This document shows positions 38,246-49,099 of a stretch of DNA of 64,000 nt, piece after piece (positions within the stretch are counted from its first letter, which is position 1; every line of letters begins with the position of its first letter). The translations under genes were made by a program, and so were the position numbers. This DNA comes from Patescibacteria group bacterium (GTDB lineage: Bacteria > Patescibacteriota > UBA1384 > XYA2-FULL-43-10 > 1-14-0-10-43-13), in NCBI GenBank assembly GCA_041649155.1, contig JBAZNP010000001.1, positions 238,564 through 302,563 of the forward strand, in the 5' to 3' direction. Under the pieces are notes generated by a model that ran no database searches, had not been told where the DNA came from, and saw only the letters and a list, made by a program, of their open reading frames with translations.

Positions 38246-38938
38246 TCAAGATGATTTTGGTGGATGGAAACGAAGTTCTCGATCGTTGTAAACAATCAGA
38301 TCTGGGTATTTTTTAGTCCTCGGATCGCTTTCTATTTTTTTGATCTGATATGATTTTAATAGTTTTTCAAGCCGATTACTAATAATTGATGTCATTTCGA
38401 ACAGAGTGAGAAATCTCCTGTTCTGCTTGCGATAGGATCTCTCGCTTTGCTTAACCCACCTCGCCGGTGGACTCGCAAAGTGTCGAGATGACAATTTTTG
38501 TTTACAATTATATTTTTCAAACAGTTCTTCGTTGGCTCTTAAAAACTCCTCGAATAATCCCCCGTCTCCTGCAATAAACTTGCTGGCACTATAATTCTCC
38601 GCACAGTATTTATCAATTTTTTCTCCCCGACCAGTTGGAATTTTTAGATAACTCTCCGTTAAGAAATAATTGAAACAAAATTTACCGGCATGGCCTTTTG
38701 ACTCATCCTTTGATCTTTTTATGCCAAATAATAATGCGAAAATATTTATAAAAAATCTAGCCGTAAAAATACGACCGTCTTTGGCAATAATCAAGATATC
38801 AATATCAGAGCTCTTCTTGGATTTGCCTTGTGCCAACGAACCATTTAATATCACGCAACGCACAAAAGGCAGTCGGGCGATTGTTCGGCCAATAATTTTT
38901 GCTTGGGATAATCTTTTGTTCAGTAATTCTTTCTTCAT
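38246..38938 (-). CDS. Nucleotidyltransferase-domain protein (Pol beta superfamily)
   Basis: ILNGSLAQG...SDIDILII motif. Confidence 0.8.
   Translation of the reverse strand: MKKELLNKRLSQAKIIGRTIARLPFVRCVILNGSLAQGKSKKSSDIDILIIAKDGRIFTARFFINIFALLFGIKRSKDESKGHAGKFCFNYFLTESYLKIPTGRGEKIDKYCAENYSASKFIAGDGGLFEEFLRANEELFEKYNCKQKLSSRHFASPPARWVKQSERSYRKQNRRFLTLFEMTSIISNRLEKLLKSYQIKKIESDPRTKKYPDLIVYNDRELRFHPPKSS
38390..38493. repeat. Family A-like repeat in frame in the nucleotidyltransferase
   Basis: TGTCATTTCGAA...GAGATGACA termini; encodes SSRHFASPPARWVKQSERSYRKQNRRFLTLFEMT. Confidence 0.75.
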
Positions 38939-39181
38939 CGCCTCAAATTTCTAAGCTCTAATTTTTAATTTCAAATAATTTAGACTTTTATTCGTTATTT
39001 GTAATTTGGATTTTGTCATTTGATAAGTTGTCCCCAACTTTTTTAATTGTAACAGAAAATATGGGTGTGCTATCATATAGTTAAAATAAAATATCGTTAA
39101 AAAAAACTCCAACTGAATAAAAAACCTAGGAGTTTTTTAAATTGTTCTAATTATAATCATAAGTTCTATTTCGGAGGAAAA

Positions 39182-40885
39182 ATGAGTTCAAAATACATCT
39201 TTGTTGTTGGCGGTGTAATGTCTTCTGTCGGTAAAGGAATCGCTTCTGCATCAATTGGAACGATCTTAAAAAGTAAGGGCTATAAAGTTACAGCAATTAA
39301 AGCCGATCCTTATATAAATGTTGATGCCGGCACCATGAACCCGACTGAACACGGAGAAGTTTTTGTAACAAAAGACGGCGATGAATGCGATCAGGACATG
39401 GGAAATTATGAAAGATTTCTAGACGAAAGCCTGACCAAGATAAATTACATGACAACCGGCCGAATCTACCAGTCTGTTATTAACAAAGAAAGAAATCTTG
39501 ATTATAAAGGCAAATGCGTTGAAGTTGTGCCTCACATTCCGGAAGAAATAATTAATCGGATTAAAACAGCGAGCAAGAATGCCAAAGCTGATATCACTAT
39601 TATTGAAATTGGCGGGACAATCGGTGAATATCAAAATCTCCTTTTCCTTGAGGCAGCCAGAATGATGAAACAGGAAAATCCTGAAGATGTAATATTCATT
39701 CTAGTTTCATATCTACCAATCCCCTCAAAAGTCGGGGAGATGAAAACAAAACCAACCCAAATGGCTTCACGCGAATTAAATTCTTGCGGAATTCAGACAG
39801 ATTTTATCTTCTGTCGTTCCGAGCGCCCGATTGACCAAAAACGAAGAGAAAAGCTGGCAACATTCTGCGGAATTAAACCGGAAAATGCCATTTCTGCTCC
39901 AGACGAAGATTCAATCTACGACATCCCTGTAAATTTTGAGAATGAAAATCTGGGCGAAAAGATACTAAAACAATTAAGGTTAGAACCCAAACAAACCGAT
40001 CTGGTTGGCTGGCGCAAAATGGTGAAAGAGGCTAAAGAAGCAAAAGGAAGCGTAAAAATAGGTATTGTCGGTAAATATTTTGACACAGGCGATTTTGTTC
40101 TCGCTGATTCATATATTTCAGTTATTGAAGCCGTAAAACATGCTAGTTGGAAAGAAGGTTTGAAACCAGAACTAGTTTGGCTTTCTTCTGACAAATATGA
40201 TGCCGCATCCGCTAAAAGCGGAGCAGGCACCCCTGCTTCCGTAGGAATGCGGGGGAAAAGTAAGAAAAATTTAGAAGAATTAAAACAGTATGACGGTATC
40301 ATAATTCCAGGGGGATTTGGTTCTCGTGGAATTGAAGGGAAAATCGCTGTCGCAGGTTTTTGTCGAGAAAACATGATCCCGTATTTCGGTCTATGTTACG
40401 GCATGCAAATTGCCACTATTGATTTTGCCAGAAATGTCTGCGGTTTAAAAAAAGCCAATTCTCAAGAACTTGACCCCAAAACTCCTCATCCTGTTATTCA
40501 TATAATGTCCGATCAGAAGAAGAAATTGGAAGAAAAAGATTTTGGTGGATCAATGAGATTGGGATCTTATGATTGTAAGCTAGTTAAAAACACCCTGTCA
40601 TATAGGGCTTATTCCAATTTAAAAAAATCTATATCAGGAGAGCCGCCTTTAATTTCTGAGCGCCATCGACATCGTTATGAATTTAACAATGAGTATAAAG
40701 ACCTAATTACTAAAAAAGGCCTGAAAATAGCAGGTCTTAATCCGGAGAGAAAATTGGTTGAAATAATTGAAATCCCAAATCACCCGTTCTTTGTCGGAGT
40801 ACAATTCCATCCGGAATTCCAGTCACGACCAGGACGACCACATCCACTGTTTTTAGAGTTCATTAGAGCAGCCAGAAAGAAATAA
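39182..40885 (+). CDS. pyrG: CTP synthase
   Basis: GGVMSSVGKG, DPYINVDAGTM, GLCYGMQ, QFHPEF. Confidence 0.97.
   Translation: MSSKYIFVVGGVMSSVGKGIASASIGTILKSKGYKVTAIKADPYINVDAGTMNPTEHGEVFVTKDGDECDQDMGNYERFLDESLTKINYMTTGRIYQSVINKERNLDYKGKCVEVVPHIPEEIINRIKTASKNAKADITIIEIGGTIGEYQNLLFLEAARMMKQENPEDVIFILVSYLPIPSKVGEMKTKPTQMASRELNSCGIQTDFIFCRSERPIDQKRREKLATFCGIKPENAISAPDEDSIYDIPVNFENENLGEKILKQLRLEPKQTDLVGWRKMVKEAKEAKGSVKIGIVGKYFDTGDFVLADSYISVIEAVKHASWKEGLKPELVWLSSDKYDAASAKSGAGTPASVGMRGKSKKNLEELKQYDGIIIPGGFGSRGIEGKIAVAGFCRENMIPYFGLCYGMQIATIDFARNVCGLKKANSQELDPKTPHPVIHIMSDQKKKLEEKDFGGSMRLGSYDCKLVKNTLSYRAYSNLKKSISGEPPLISERHRHRYEFNNEYKDLITKKGLKIAGLNPERKLVEIIEIPNHPFFVGVQFHPEFQSRPGRPHPLFLEFIRAARKK
40202..40254 (+). 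repeat. Family B palindromic repeat in frame in pyrG
   Basis: Encodes AASAKSGAGTPASVGMRG; homologous to the rpsF copy. Confidence 0.85.
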
Positions 40886-40917
40886 AAAAATACTTCTTAG
40901 AATAAGTAAAGTAACAG

Positions 40918-43536
40918 TTAAGCCTCTGACTTTTCAAGCTTGGCTGTTTTTTTATCGAAATAATATCTTGTGACCTCAGCAAAGAGAAAAGCTAAAATTG
41001 TAGCAAATACTAACACAATAATTTCTTTTATATTTAGCGAGACGATACTAAATGCATTTGCCAATGGCTTAATAAAGATGACCAACTGCAACACAGCAGG
41101 AATAATTAAGGCGACAATCAAGAAACGATTGGTAAAAAATCCTCTTAAATTCTGCCAGATCCTCTCCGGAGATCTTATAGAAAAACAGAAAGCCAACTCA
41201 GAATAAACAGAGAATGTGAAAACAATAGTTCGAGCCTTCTCTACCGAGAACTGAAGCTCCCACATATAAAGAATAAGTCCTATTATAAATAATAATAAAG
41301 CGAGGTAAAGAGAATAAAGTATCGGTCTGGCCATAGAATTTGTTTTTATAGATCTAGGCCTTTCTTTTAAAACAGTTGGGGAAGGTTTTTCAAAAGCCAA
41401 AGCAATCGCCGGCAAAGAGTCCGTGATCATATTGATCCAAAGTATTTGTATTGTCAGAAGCGGAATAGGTAAATCAAAAAGGAAAGCAAAACCGATCAGG
41501 AAAAGCTCGTCTATGTTGCCGGAAAGAAGAAATATTATCGCGTTTCTAATGTTATCGTAGATTGCACGCCCATATTCTACGGCCGAAATGATTGTACCAA
41601 ACTTATCATCAGAAAGAATTATATCTGCTGAATCCTTTGCTACATCCGTACCCTTTATTCCCATAGCGATACCGACATGAGCTTCTTTTAAGGCGGGAGC
41701 ATCATTTATGCCATCCCCCGTCACAGCAACAGAATAACCTATTTTTTGTAGTAGTTTAACTATATTGATTTTATCCTCAGGAGTAATTCGAGCAAAAACT
41801 TTTACTTTTTGAAGATGTTTCTTTAAAGATGCTTCGGATAAAGTTTCTAGTTCTTTCCCTGTCATTATTTCCTCATCAGAGACAGAAAGGCCGATTTTCT
41901 CTGCAATAAATCGGGCAGTTTCAGGATGATCACCCGTAATCATGATCGGGCGAATTCCAGCACTAATTGCCTCTTTTATAGCTTCCGAGATGCCCTCGGC
42001 AGGTTCATCCACCAAAGCAAACAAACCAACAAAGTCCATTCCGTTCAAAGTGTTTGAACCGTTATTGTTAATTTGTTTACATGACAAAGCTATCACCTTG
42101 AGACCCTCTTTACTCATTTCCGAAGCTTTGCTCAGAATAGTTCTCTTTGCTTTTGCAGGAATGTTACAAAAAGAAATAATTTTCTCAGCCGATCCTTTAG
42201 CAATTATTTCTTTTTTGCCGTTTTGGTTCACTGTAACAGACATAAACTTGTGCTCAGAATCAAAGGGTATTTCTAATTCACGTTTATATAATTTGCTTTT
42301 TGCGATTAGACCTTTTCTAAAATTTTTAGCGGCAGATACGATCGCAACTTCAAGTGGATCACCTAGAATGTCTCCATTTTCATCTTTAAGGCTCACATTT
42401 GAACAAACTACTCCTTTAATAAATAATTCCAAGGTTTCCTTGTTTGGATTGGTTTCGTTCATATCCAGCTCAAGTAATTCAGAGCTATTTTTCATAACTA
42501 CTGCCCTATCCACCACTAACTCGTTATTTGTTAGGGTACCGGTTTTATCTGTCGCTATAATATTCACCGTACCAAGCGTTTCCACAACGGCCAGCTTCCT
42601 GACAATAGCTTTTCTCTTCGCCATTCTGGAAACACCGATTGCCATAGATAAAGTTATTACAGTCGGCAAACTTTCCGGCACAGCAGCCACCAAGAGAGCT
42701 ATTGTTAAAGTTAAGAGAGACCAGACTTCAAATCCCCTCATATATCCAAGAGCAAATATTATAGCAGCAATAATTATTGAAATAATACTAAGAACTTTTC
42801 CTAGGTACAAAATCTGTTTTTCTAAAGGAGTTTTCTCAAGAGTTGCTCCTTGTACTAAATCGGCCACTTTACCGAATTCTGTTTTTTGCCCAATTCCCAC
42901 AACAACACCCTTTGCGCGTCCCTGTACTACTACTGTTGATCCAAAAAGCATATTCGTTCGATCAGCCAAAGCTGTATTTAACTCTAAAACTCCAGCGAAT
43001 TTACCCACAGGAAGAGATTCACCAGTCAAAGCTGATTCATTAACACTTAATGACTCACTTTCAACTACTCTAAGGTCAGCAGGCACTCTGTCACCAGTAT
43101 CGAGAACTACCATGTCGCCTACAACCAGCTCCTCACTTGGAATAGTTCTGATTTTTCCGTCTCTCAAAACCTTGCTTTCAGACTTAAAGGTTTCTTTTAG
43201 AGCTTCCAATGCTTTTTGTGCTTTAAATTCCTGAAAAAATCCCAAAAAAACATTTAATAAAATTATAGAAATTAAGATTGCAGCCTGAAATAGTCCATCA
43301 ACAAAATATGAAATGATTGCAGCAACAAAAAGCAATAAGATAAAGATGTTGTAAAACTGCCTTAAAAAAATAGTAAAGACACTAATATCTTTCAAATTTT
43401 CCAGAGAATTGTTACCATCTTCCAGCAACCTAAAACGAGCCCTTTTCTGCGTTAGTCCATCTTTAAAATCAACGTCGAAATGACGCTTAAGATCATCGTT
43501 AGTCCATTGATGATAAAAAAATGCCCGCTCCTCCAT
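40918..43536 (-). CDS. P-type cation-transporting ATPase (P2A, Ca2+-type)
   Basis: TGES, VPESLP, DKTGTLT, TGD, GDGINDAPAL, LWINMITDS. Confidence 0.93.
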   Translation of the reverse strand: MEERAFFYHQWTNDDLKRHFDVDFKDGLTQKRARFRLLEDGNNSLENLKDISVFTIFLRQFYNIFILLLFVAAIISYFVDGLFQAAILISIILLNVFLGFFQEFKAQKALEALKETFKSESKVLRDGKIRTIPSEELVVGDMVVLDTGDRVPADLRVVESESLSVNESALTGESLPVGKFAGVLELNTALADRTNMLFGSTVVVQGRAKGVVVGIGQKTEFGKVADLVQGATLEKTPLEKQILYLGKVLSIISIIIAAIIFALGYMRGFEVWSLLTLTIALLVAAVPESLPTVITLSMAIGVSRMAKRKAIVRKLAVVETLGTVNIIATDKTGTLTNNELVVDRAVVMKNSSELLELDMNETNPNKETLELFIKGVVCSNVSLKDENGDILGDPLEVAIVSAAKNFRKGLIAKSKLYKRELEIPFDSEHKFMSVTVNQNGKKEIIAKGSAEKIISFCNIPAKAKRTILSKASEMSKEGLKVIALSCKQINNNGSNTLNGMDFVGLFALVDEPAEGISEAIKEAISAGIRPIMITGDHPETARFIAEKIGLSVSDEEIMTGKELETLSEASLKKHLQKVKVFARITPEDKINIVKLLQKIGYSVAVTGDGINDAPALKEAHVGIAMGIKGTDVAKDSADIILSDDKFGTIISAVEYGRAIYDNIRNAIIFLLSGNIDELFLIGFAFLFDLPIPLLTIQILWINMITDSLPAIALAFEKPSPTVLKERPRSIKTNSMARPILYSLYLALLLFIIGLILYMWELQFSVEKARTIVFTFSVYSELAFCFSIRSPERIWQNLRGFFTNRFLIVALIIPAVLQLVIFIKPLANAFSIVSLNIKEIIVLVFATILAFLFAEVTRYYFDKKTAKLEKSEA

Positions 43537-43584
43537 ATTTTATAGTATAGCAGATAACAGTAGACAGTGCACAGAATAATAAGA

Positions 43585-43712
43585 AAACAAGAGACAAGAA
43601 ACAATGACCAAACAATATTCAATAAACAATTACCAATACCTCAAATATTTGAATGCTTTCTAAGTTGGATATTTGGAATTTGTTTGTATCTTGTAACTTG
43701 TATCTTGTTTCT
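43585..43712. repeat. Inverted pair of heptamer tandem-repeat tracts
   Basis: CAAGA(G/A)A-type run followed by a complementary (T)ATCTTG run; similar to 34060-34150. Confidence 0.7.
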
Positions 43713-43716
43713 TCAA

Positions 43717-45600
43717 TTAAGTCGCTGGCACTACTGGCACTACTGGCGCAGGAGTAGCTTCTGGCGTTGGCGCTGGTGCTGGCGCTGGCGCTGGCGCGGC
43801 TTTACCCACTAACCACTTTTCCTGCCACGGTACATATTTAGATACAAAATCTTTTTCTTGGAGAATATCGCTTCCGCGAGTTACCTTATAATGAAATGTT
43901 GCTGTCGCTCCTGGATGAGCACTGTCAATCTTCTTTTTCTCACCTGGCGCCAAAGTATCAGTTTCTGTATAAAGAGGTGGATCAGGTTGAGTAACGTTCG
44001 TTACTACTGGTTCAGATACCTCGGAAGTTCTTCCATCTTTAGTGCCATAGATATCAAAGGTAATTTTCGTTCCGACAACTTTTGATTGAATTAAAACATA
44101 TTTTCCGTAATTATTAACAAATTTAAAATCAGGCGCAGGATCATAGATGGTTGCATCCATACCAACTGGAGGTTCGTAATAACTTACCCTATATTTATGG
44201 TTTTGTCTCTCGGTTATTTTCATGCCTGCATTGAGGGCAGCTCTGAATAAAGTCGATGAAACCTGACACAGTCCACCGCCAAACTCGGGAATGGTTTTAT
44301 TTTCCTTAATCACCAGCTCTTCCAAGTATCCGCTTGAAGCATCAATAGTTCCAAGTTGCTTGAGAGTTGAAAAAGTCTCATCAGGTTTTAGAAGAACACC
44401 GTTAATTGCCGCTGCGCCAATCTGAATATTATGAACCCTATTCGAGGACGAACCAACAAAGTTAGTTGTTGCTGTTCCCACCAGCTCAACAATTCCCAAA
44501 TCACTGATTTTCTGTTCCGAAACTTCCGGTTCTTTTAATGCCACCTTTAAAGTTATTGCTGCAAAATCAGGATTGACTTCTTTTGAATCCATACGTAATT
44601 TTATATTATTTTCAATATCAATTTTTGTCTGTGCTCTGTCCAGTGTTCTACCGGTTATCGATGTCTCAACAACCGTTGCCATACCATCAGATATGGTTAA
44701 TTTCGCATTTTTAGCTTCAACATCAATACTCTTTCCAATGGAGTCGATAAAAGATTTTATACGATCGTCATTTAGTACAATTTCTAAGTCATCACCGTTT
44801 GATTTTGATTTCACAAAGCCACCGATCGTATCATCATCAGCTTTAAATTCCTGATTATCATATTTCAAAATCAAATCGCCTTGTTCGATAATTTTATTAG
44901 CCTTGGCAAGAGCTGCCATAGCTTTATCTTTATCAACCTGAGGTTTAAAATTTTCAGTTTTAAATGATGTTTTCGCAATTTTAAAATCACCAATCTGAGA
45001 TTCAATATCATTAATTATTTCCGCCTGATCAATTCTGTGACCCTCTTTTCGATCTTCTGATAATTTAAATTTACCGTCGCCGTAAACCAATAAATAGTCT
45101 TTTTCTGGATCATCAAGCTCGATAGCAATATTTTTAACTTTTAACGTCAGTCCCTCTAAATTTAGAGAGTAAATAGCCTCATGATCAGTACCAGCAAACA
45201 CTGATTTTAATTGCTCAAGAAAAGATTTAAAAGTCCCCTTGCTTCTTCCTTGTCCCCAAACTTCATCAACTGTAGCTTTAACGTCATATTGAAGTCCTAT
45301 TTCAGAAGGATCAATGACATAAATTTTCTCATCAGAGTTATCATTCTGATATTTTAATTCAATCTTAGCGCCCCCAACTTCTTTTGACTTATCCTCTATT
45401 ATTCTTTGAATTTCTTCTTTGGTTTTGCCACTAAAATTTATTTCACCTATATATTGATGAGCATAAACTTTTTTTGAGAAAGCCAAAGAATATATTCCAA
45501 AAGCAATAAGAAAAACGATAACCAACCCAGAAAAACCAAGCAGGCATATCTTGGCGTATTTTTTAGCTTTTGGGCTTTTAAATATTTTTACTTTTTTCAT
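43717..45600 (-). CDS. VanW-family protein with peptidoglycan-binding repeats
   Basis: NRVHNI, FGGGLCQVSSTLFRAAL, ERQNH, GMDATIY; N-terminal TM; Pro/Ala tail. Confidence 0.88.
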   Translation of the reverse strand: MKKVKIFKSPKAKKYAKICLLGFSGLVIVFLIAFGIYSLAFSKKVYAHQYIGEINFSGKTKEEIQRIIEDKSKEVGGAKIELKYQNDNSDEKIYVIDPSEIGLQYDVKATVDEVWGQGRSKGTFKSFLEQLKSVFAGTDHEAIYSLNLEGLTLKVKNIAIELDDPEKDYLLVYGDGKFKLSEDRKEGHRIDQAEIINDIESQIGDFKIAKTSFKTENFKPQVDKDKAMAALAKANKIIEQGDLILKYDNQEFKADDDTIGGFVKSKSNGDDLEIVLNDDRIKSFIDSIGKSIDVEAKNAKLTISDGMATVVETSITGRTLDRAQTKIDIENNIKLRMDSKEVNPDFAAITLKVALKEPEVSEQKISDLGIVELVGTATTNFVGSSSNRVHNIQIGAAAINGVLLKPDETFSTLKQLGTIDASSGYLEELVIKENKTIPEFGGGLCQVSSTLFRAALNAGMKITERQNHKYRVSYYEPPVGMDATIYDPAPDFKFVNNYGKYVLIQSKVVGTKITFDIYGTKDGRTSEVSEPVVTNVTQPDPPLYTETDTLAPGEKKKIDSAHPGATATFHYKVTRGSDILQEKDFVSKYVPWQEKWLVGKAAPAPAPAPAPTPEATPAPVVPVVPAT

Positions 45601-45708
45601 TCGTAACTCTTAGATACATTCCAACACCAACAGTATACTAGTTAAATCCCAAATCAACAACTATTGTAGAAAGCGTCCCGATTAATCGGGACGCCCTGTT
45701 ATGAGCCG

Positions 45709-46290
45709 CTAAGCGGCTCGTCTGTGGAGGAGGAGTCCCCCCAGACCGCTCAGGCCGAGTCCTATGGCAAGTAAAGAACTCGGTTCCGGAACGACTGATG
45801 AATTAAAGTCAACTGTGAAGTCGAAATTACCGCCCATATAGAGGTTTGTTGAATCCCACTCTAGCGGGAGATAGAAACTATTGCTAAAACCGTTCTGAAA
45901 AAAAGTGATCTTTGGTTCAACCATTGGAGGATCCCATGGTCCGCCAGTACTACAATCGATGTAACCGAACAACACATCATAATCGCAAGGATTATCGCAC
46001 AGGATTGAGCCATAAAAGACCCAGTTTCCGGTAAAATCCCGAATATCACAGGCTAGACCATTTCCCAACACAATGTGAACATTGGAATCAGCGTTATAGT
46101 TATTGTTCCACTCAGCGGTTCTGGGTTCCCATGAAAAGCCCATGGTGACAGACTCCCACTGATCAGATCCTTCTTCACTAACCCAGATACCCAAGCCAAA
46201 GTCGGTCTCGCTAGCCAACGCCATCGTTTCAATGACGCCCGCAAGCGTTATGGCAAATAATATTACAGCTGCCATTGTAAACTTACGCAT
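45709..46290 (-). CDS. PEP-CTERM sorting-domain protein
   Basis: Signal peptide; C-terminal VPEPSSLLAIGLGLSGLGGLLLHRR; start refined using the GAGGGGG Shine-Dalgarno. Confidence 0.85.
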   Translation of the reverse strand: MRKFTMAAVILFAITLAGVIETMALASETDFGLGIWVSEEGSDQWESVTMGFSWEPRTAEWNNNYNADSNVHIVLGNGLACDIRDFTGNWVFYGSILCDNPCDYDVLFGYIDCSTGGPWDPPMVEPKITFFQNGFSNSFYLPLEWDSTNLYMGGNFDFTVDFNSSVVPEPSSLLAIGLGLSGLGGLLLHRRAA

Positions 46291-46449
46291 TACCCTATAT
46301 TCCCCCTCAAAACCAGCATTACGCCATATCGACGTTTGATTCAAAATAACAAAAATAATATTAAAAAATGATTAAGGAAAGATTAAATATTTATTAAGGC
46401 GTTCGTTTTTTTATCTGTAAATTAAAAGTAGTTACTTACCTACCCCTTG

Positions 46450-46567
46450 TGTCATCCCGACCAGAGTGGAGGGATCTTCTGATAGTAATCAGAATTTATT
46501 TTTAAGATTTCCCTGCCTGCCGGCAGGCAGGTCCGTCCTCAGACAAGGCTGAGGAGTCGAAATGACA
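46450..46567. repeat. Family A repeat with the 20-bp core (46512-46531)
   Basis: Near reverse complement of 32467-32583. Confidence 0.9.
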
Positions 46568-46589
46568 ATTGCGAGTAAGCGGTTATATT

Positions 46590-46618
46590 TAAAAAAATCC
46601 CCTTTCAGGGATTTTTTT
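46590..46618. terminator. Intrinsic terminator
   Basis: AAAAAAATCCC-ctttca-GGGATTTTTTT. Confidence 0.65.
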
Positions 46619-46656
46619 AATTCAGTGTCAAATATCTAAGATCAAAGTTCTCAGTT

Positions 46657-46893
46657 CTAAATATGGAGTATTTCGTTTAAAATATCTTTTGCTTTTGACT
46701 CTTTTCTATTTCTTTCAGCAGAGTCAGTAGCAAATGTAACAACTACAACCTCACCCTCTTTGGTGTCCCTCGGCAATAAGCTTACTGGCACCACACATTT
46801 TTTTTCATCTGAAATTAAAACTGCGTTGTCACCTTCAAAGCGATCCAAAGTCATTTCCGTTGAAATAATATCTTTTTCTTGTTTCTTACTCAT
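46657..46893 (-). CDS. DUF3006-like small protein
   Basis: TLDRFEGDNAVL...LLPRDTKEGEV. Confidence 0.8.
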   Translation of the reverse strand: MSKKQEKDIISTEMTLDRFEGDNAVLISDEKKCVVPVSLLPRDTKEGEVVVVTFATDSAERNRKESKAKDILNEILHI

Positions 46894-46896
46894 TAT

Positions 46897-49035
46897 CTAC
46901 TGTGCAACTTTTTCTTTAAGTTTTTTATTTTCCAAAACCACGGTAGACTTTTTACCAAAAATCATAATAGCAGCAACGGCAATAATAAGAACAGCAATGA
47001 TGACAGCTTTCCAAATAGAATCAAGATTTACTTTGATGATAATTGGAGCAATCAATAAAGCGATGATGTTTACAACTTTAATAATTGGGTTGATAGCTGG
47101 ACCGGCAGTATCTTTGTACGGATCACCAACTGTGTCACCAGTAACAGCTGCTTGGTGAGCAAGTGAACCTTTGCCGCCAAAATTACCTTCTTCGATGTAT
47201 TTCTTAGAATTATCCCAAGCACCGCCGCCAGAAGTCATTGAAATCGCAACGAATAATCCGGTAACAATTGTACCAATCAAAAAGCCGCCAAGAGCAACCG
47301 GACCCAAGATAAAGCCAACCAATAAAGGAGCCAATACTGTCACGCTTGCAGGAAGGATCATTTCGTGAATTGCAGCTTTTGTGACAATATCAACCGCTTT
47401 TTTGTAGTCAGGAGTAGCCTTGCCTTCCATTATACCTTTGATCTCTCTGAACTGTCTTCTAACTTCCTCTACAACGGCACCACCAGCTTTACCAACAGCT
47501 TCCATGGCAAGTGATCCAAAATAGTAAGGCAAAAGTCCACCAAGAAGCAAACCTACAAGCACATAAGGATCTTTTAGATCGAAGGCAAAGATATTACCAG
47601 TAGCATGTGATAGCTTTTCTGTGTAATCTGCAAATAAAACCATTGCTGCCAAACCAGCAGAACCAATAGCATAACCCTTGGTAACAGCTTTTGTAGTGTT
47701 TCCGACTGAATCAAGAGCATCAGTGTGGACTCGAACGTCGGCTGGCATTTCCGACATTTCTGCAATACCACCGGCATTATCTACAACTGGACCGAAAGCA
47801 TCAATGGCAACAATAATTCCTGCCATTGAAAGCATACTCATAGCAGCGATTGCCACACCATAAAGACCAGCTAAGCTGTATGCAGCCAAAATACCGGCAG
47901 CAATTACCAAAACAGGCATTGCGGTTGATCTCATTGAAACAGCCAAACCAGTAATAACATTTGTACCATGTCCAGTCATAGAGCTCTGGGCAATTGATTT
48001 AACCGGAGCATATTTTTGTGAAGTAAAGTATTCAGTAATAACAACCAAAAGAGCAGTTACAGCTAAACCGATTAGAGAAGCAAAATATACGTCATTAACT
48101 TCATATGTTCCGTTTCCTTCCATCATCCAACGAGTAATGAAATAGAAAGCTCCAGCAGCCAAAACACCGGCTACAATTAAACCGCGATAAAGCGTTCCCA
48201 TGATATTTTTTGAATTCTTTCCAAGACGAACAAACCAAGTGCCGATGATCGAAGTAACAATTGATGCAGCACCTAGAACTAATGGAAATAGAACCGCATT
48301 TTCAAAATTAGCAAAGAATAAGTGGCCTAAAAGCATAGCAGCAACTGCTGTAACAGAATAAGTTTCAAAAAGATCAGCAGCCATACCAGCACAATCGCCA
48401 ACGTTATCGCCAACGTTATCAGCAATTACAGCTGGATTTCTAGGATCATCTTCTGGAATTCCAGCTTCGACTTTTCCGACCAAATCAGCACCAACGTCAG
48501 CACCTTTTGTAAAAATACCACCGCCAAGACGGGCAAAAATTGAGATCAAAGAACCACCAAAGGCAAGTCCGATTAAACTTTCAGTATCCCTGAAAATAGC
48601 ATAAAAACCAGCAACAGACAGAAGACCAAGACCTACTACAAATAACCCTGTAATAGCGCCAGACTTAAAAGCCACGTCCATTCCGGCAGGTAAACCTTTT
48701 CTGGAGGCTTCCGCAGTACGAACGTTGCCCCTAACTGACACATTCATGCCAATGTAGCCGGCAAGAGCAGAAAAAGCCGCGCCAATTAAAAACCCGAGTG
48801 CAACTTTCCAGCCAATAGCATAAAGAAGCACAACAAACAAAACGGCTGCAACGACTGCAACAGTTGAGTACTGTCTATTTAGAAAAGCTTTCGCCCCGTC
48901 TTGAATTGCCTTAGCAATATCAACCATTTTTTTGTTACCCTGAGGCTTCTTCATGACATTTGAAATCAGGATGAAACCATAGATAACAGCGAGCAGTGAA
49001 GCTCCAAGAGCAATGATGATCGAAGTGGTAAACAT
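46897..49035 (-). CDS. hppA: Membrane pyrophosphatase, K+-independent H+-translocating type
   Basis: [45 protein letters not shown] (Lys signature); start refined. Confidence 0.95.
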   Translation of the reverse strand: MFTTSIIIALGASLLAVIYGFILISNVMKKPQGNKKMVDIAKAIQDGAKAFLNRQYSTVAVVAAVLFVVLLYAIGWKVALGFLIGAAFSALAGYIGMNVSVRGNVRTAEASRKGLPAGMDVAFKSGAITGLFVVGLGLLSVAGFYAIFRDTESLIGLAFGGSLISIFARLGGGIFTKGADVGADLVGKVEAGIPEDDPRNPAVIADNVGDNVGDCAGMAADLFETYSVTAVAAMLLGHLFFANFENAVLFPLVLGAASIVTSIIGTWFVRLGKNSKNIMGTLYRGLIVAGVLAAGAFYFITRWMMEGNGTYEVNDVYFASLIGLAVTALLVVITEYFTSQKYAPVKSIAQSSMTGHGTNVITGLAVSMRSTAMPVLVIAAGILAAYSLAGLYGVAIAAMSMLSMAGIIVAIDAFGPVVDNAGGIAEMSEMPADVRVHTDALDSVGNTTKAVTKGYAIGSAGLAAMVLFADYTEKLSHATGNIFAFDLKDPYVLVGLLLGGLLPYYFGSLAMEAVGKAGGAVVEEVRRQFREIKGIMEGKATPDYKKAVDIVTKAAIHEMILPASVTVLAPLLVGFILGPVALGGFLIGTIVTGLFVAISMTSGGGAWDNSKKYIEEGNFGGKGSLAHQAAVTGDTVGDPYKDTAGPAINPIIKVVNIIALLIAPIIIKVNLDSIWKAVIIAVLIIAVAAIMIFGKKSTVVLENKKLKEKVAQ

Positions 49036-49099
49036 AGAAAACTCCGTTTTTAATTGAAAATTTAATGTTAATTTATCATAACCAAGCTTGCAATTCAAC

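Noticed and set aside
41942-43234. 430-aa plus-strand ORF
   Set aside because: Antisense shadow of the P-type ATPase in the mirrored frame, with no motif of its own. The same applies to the many 60-150 aa ORFs antisense to clear genes.
43740-43800. GCTGGC tandem repeat
   Set aside because: It encodes the Pro-Ala tail of the VanW protein, an ordinary low-complexity region.
43717-45600. Vancomycin resistance locus
   Set aside because: A VanW domain alone, without vanHAX or vanRS, is a common cell-surface protein.
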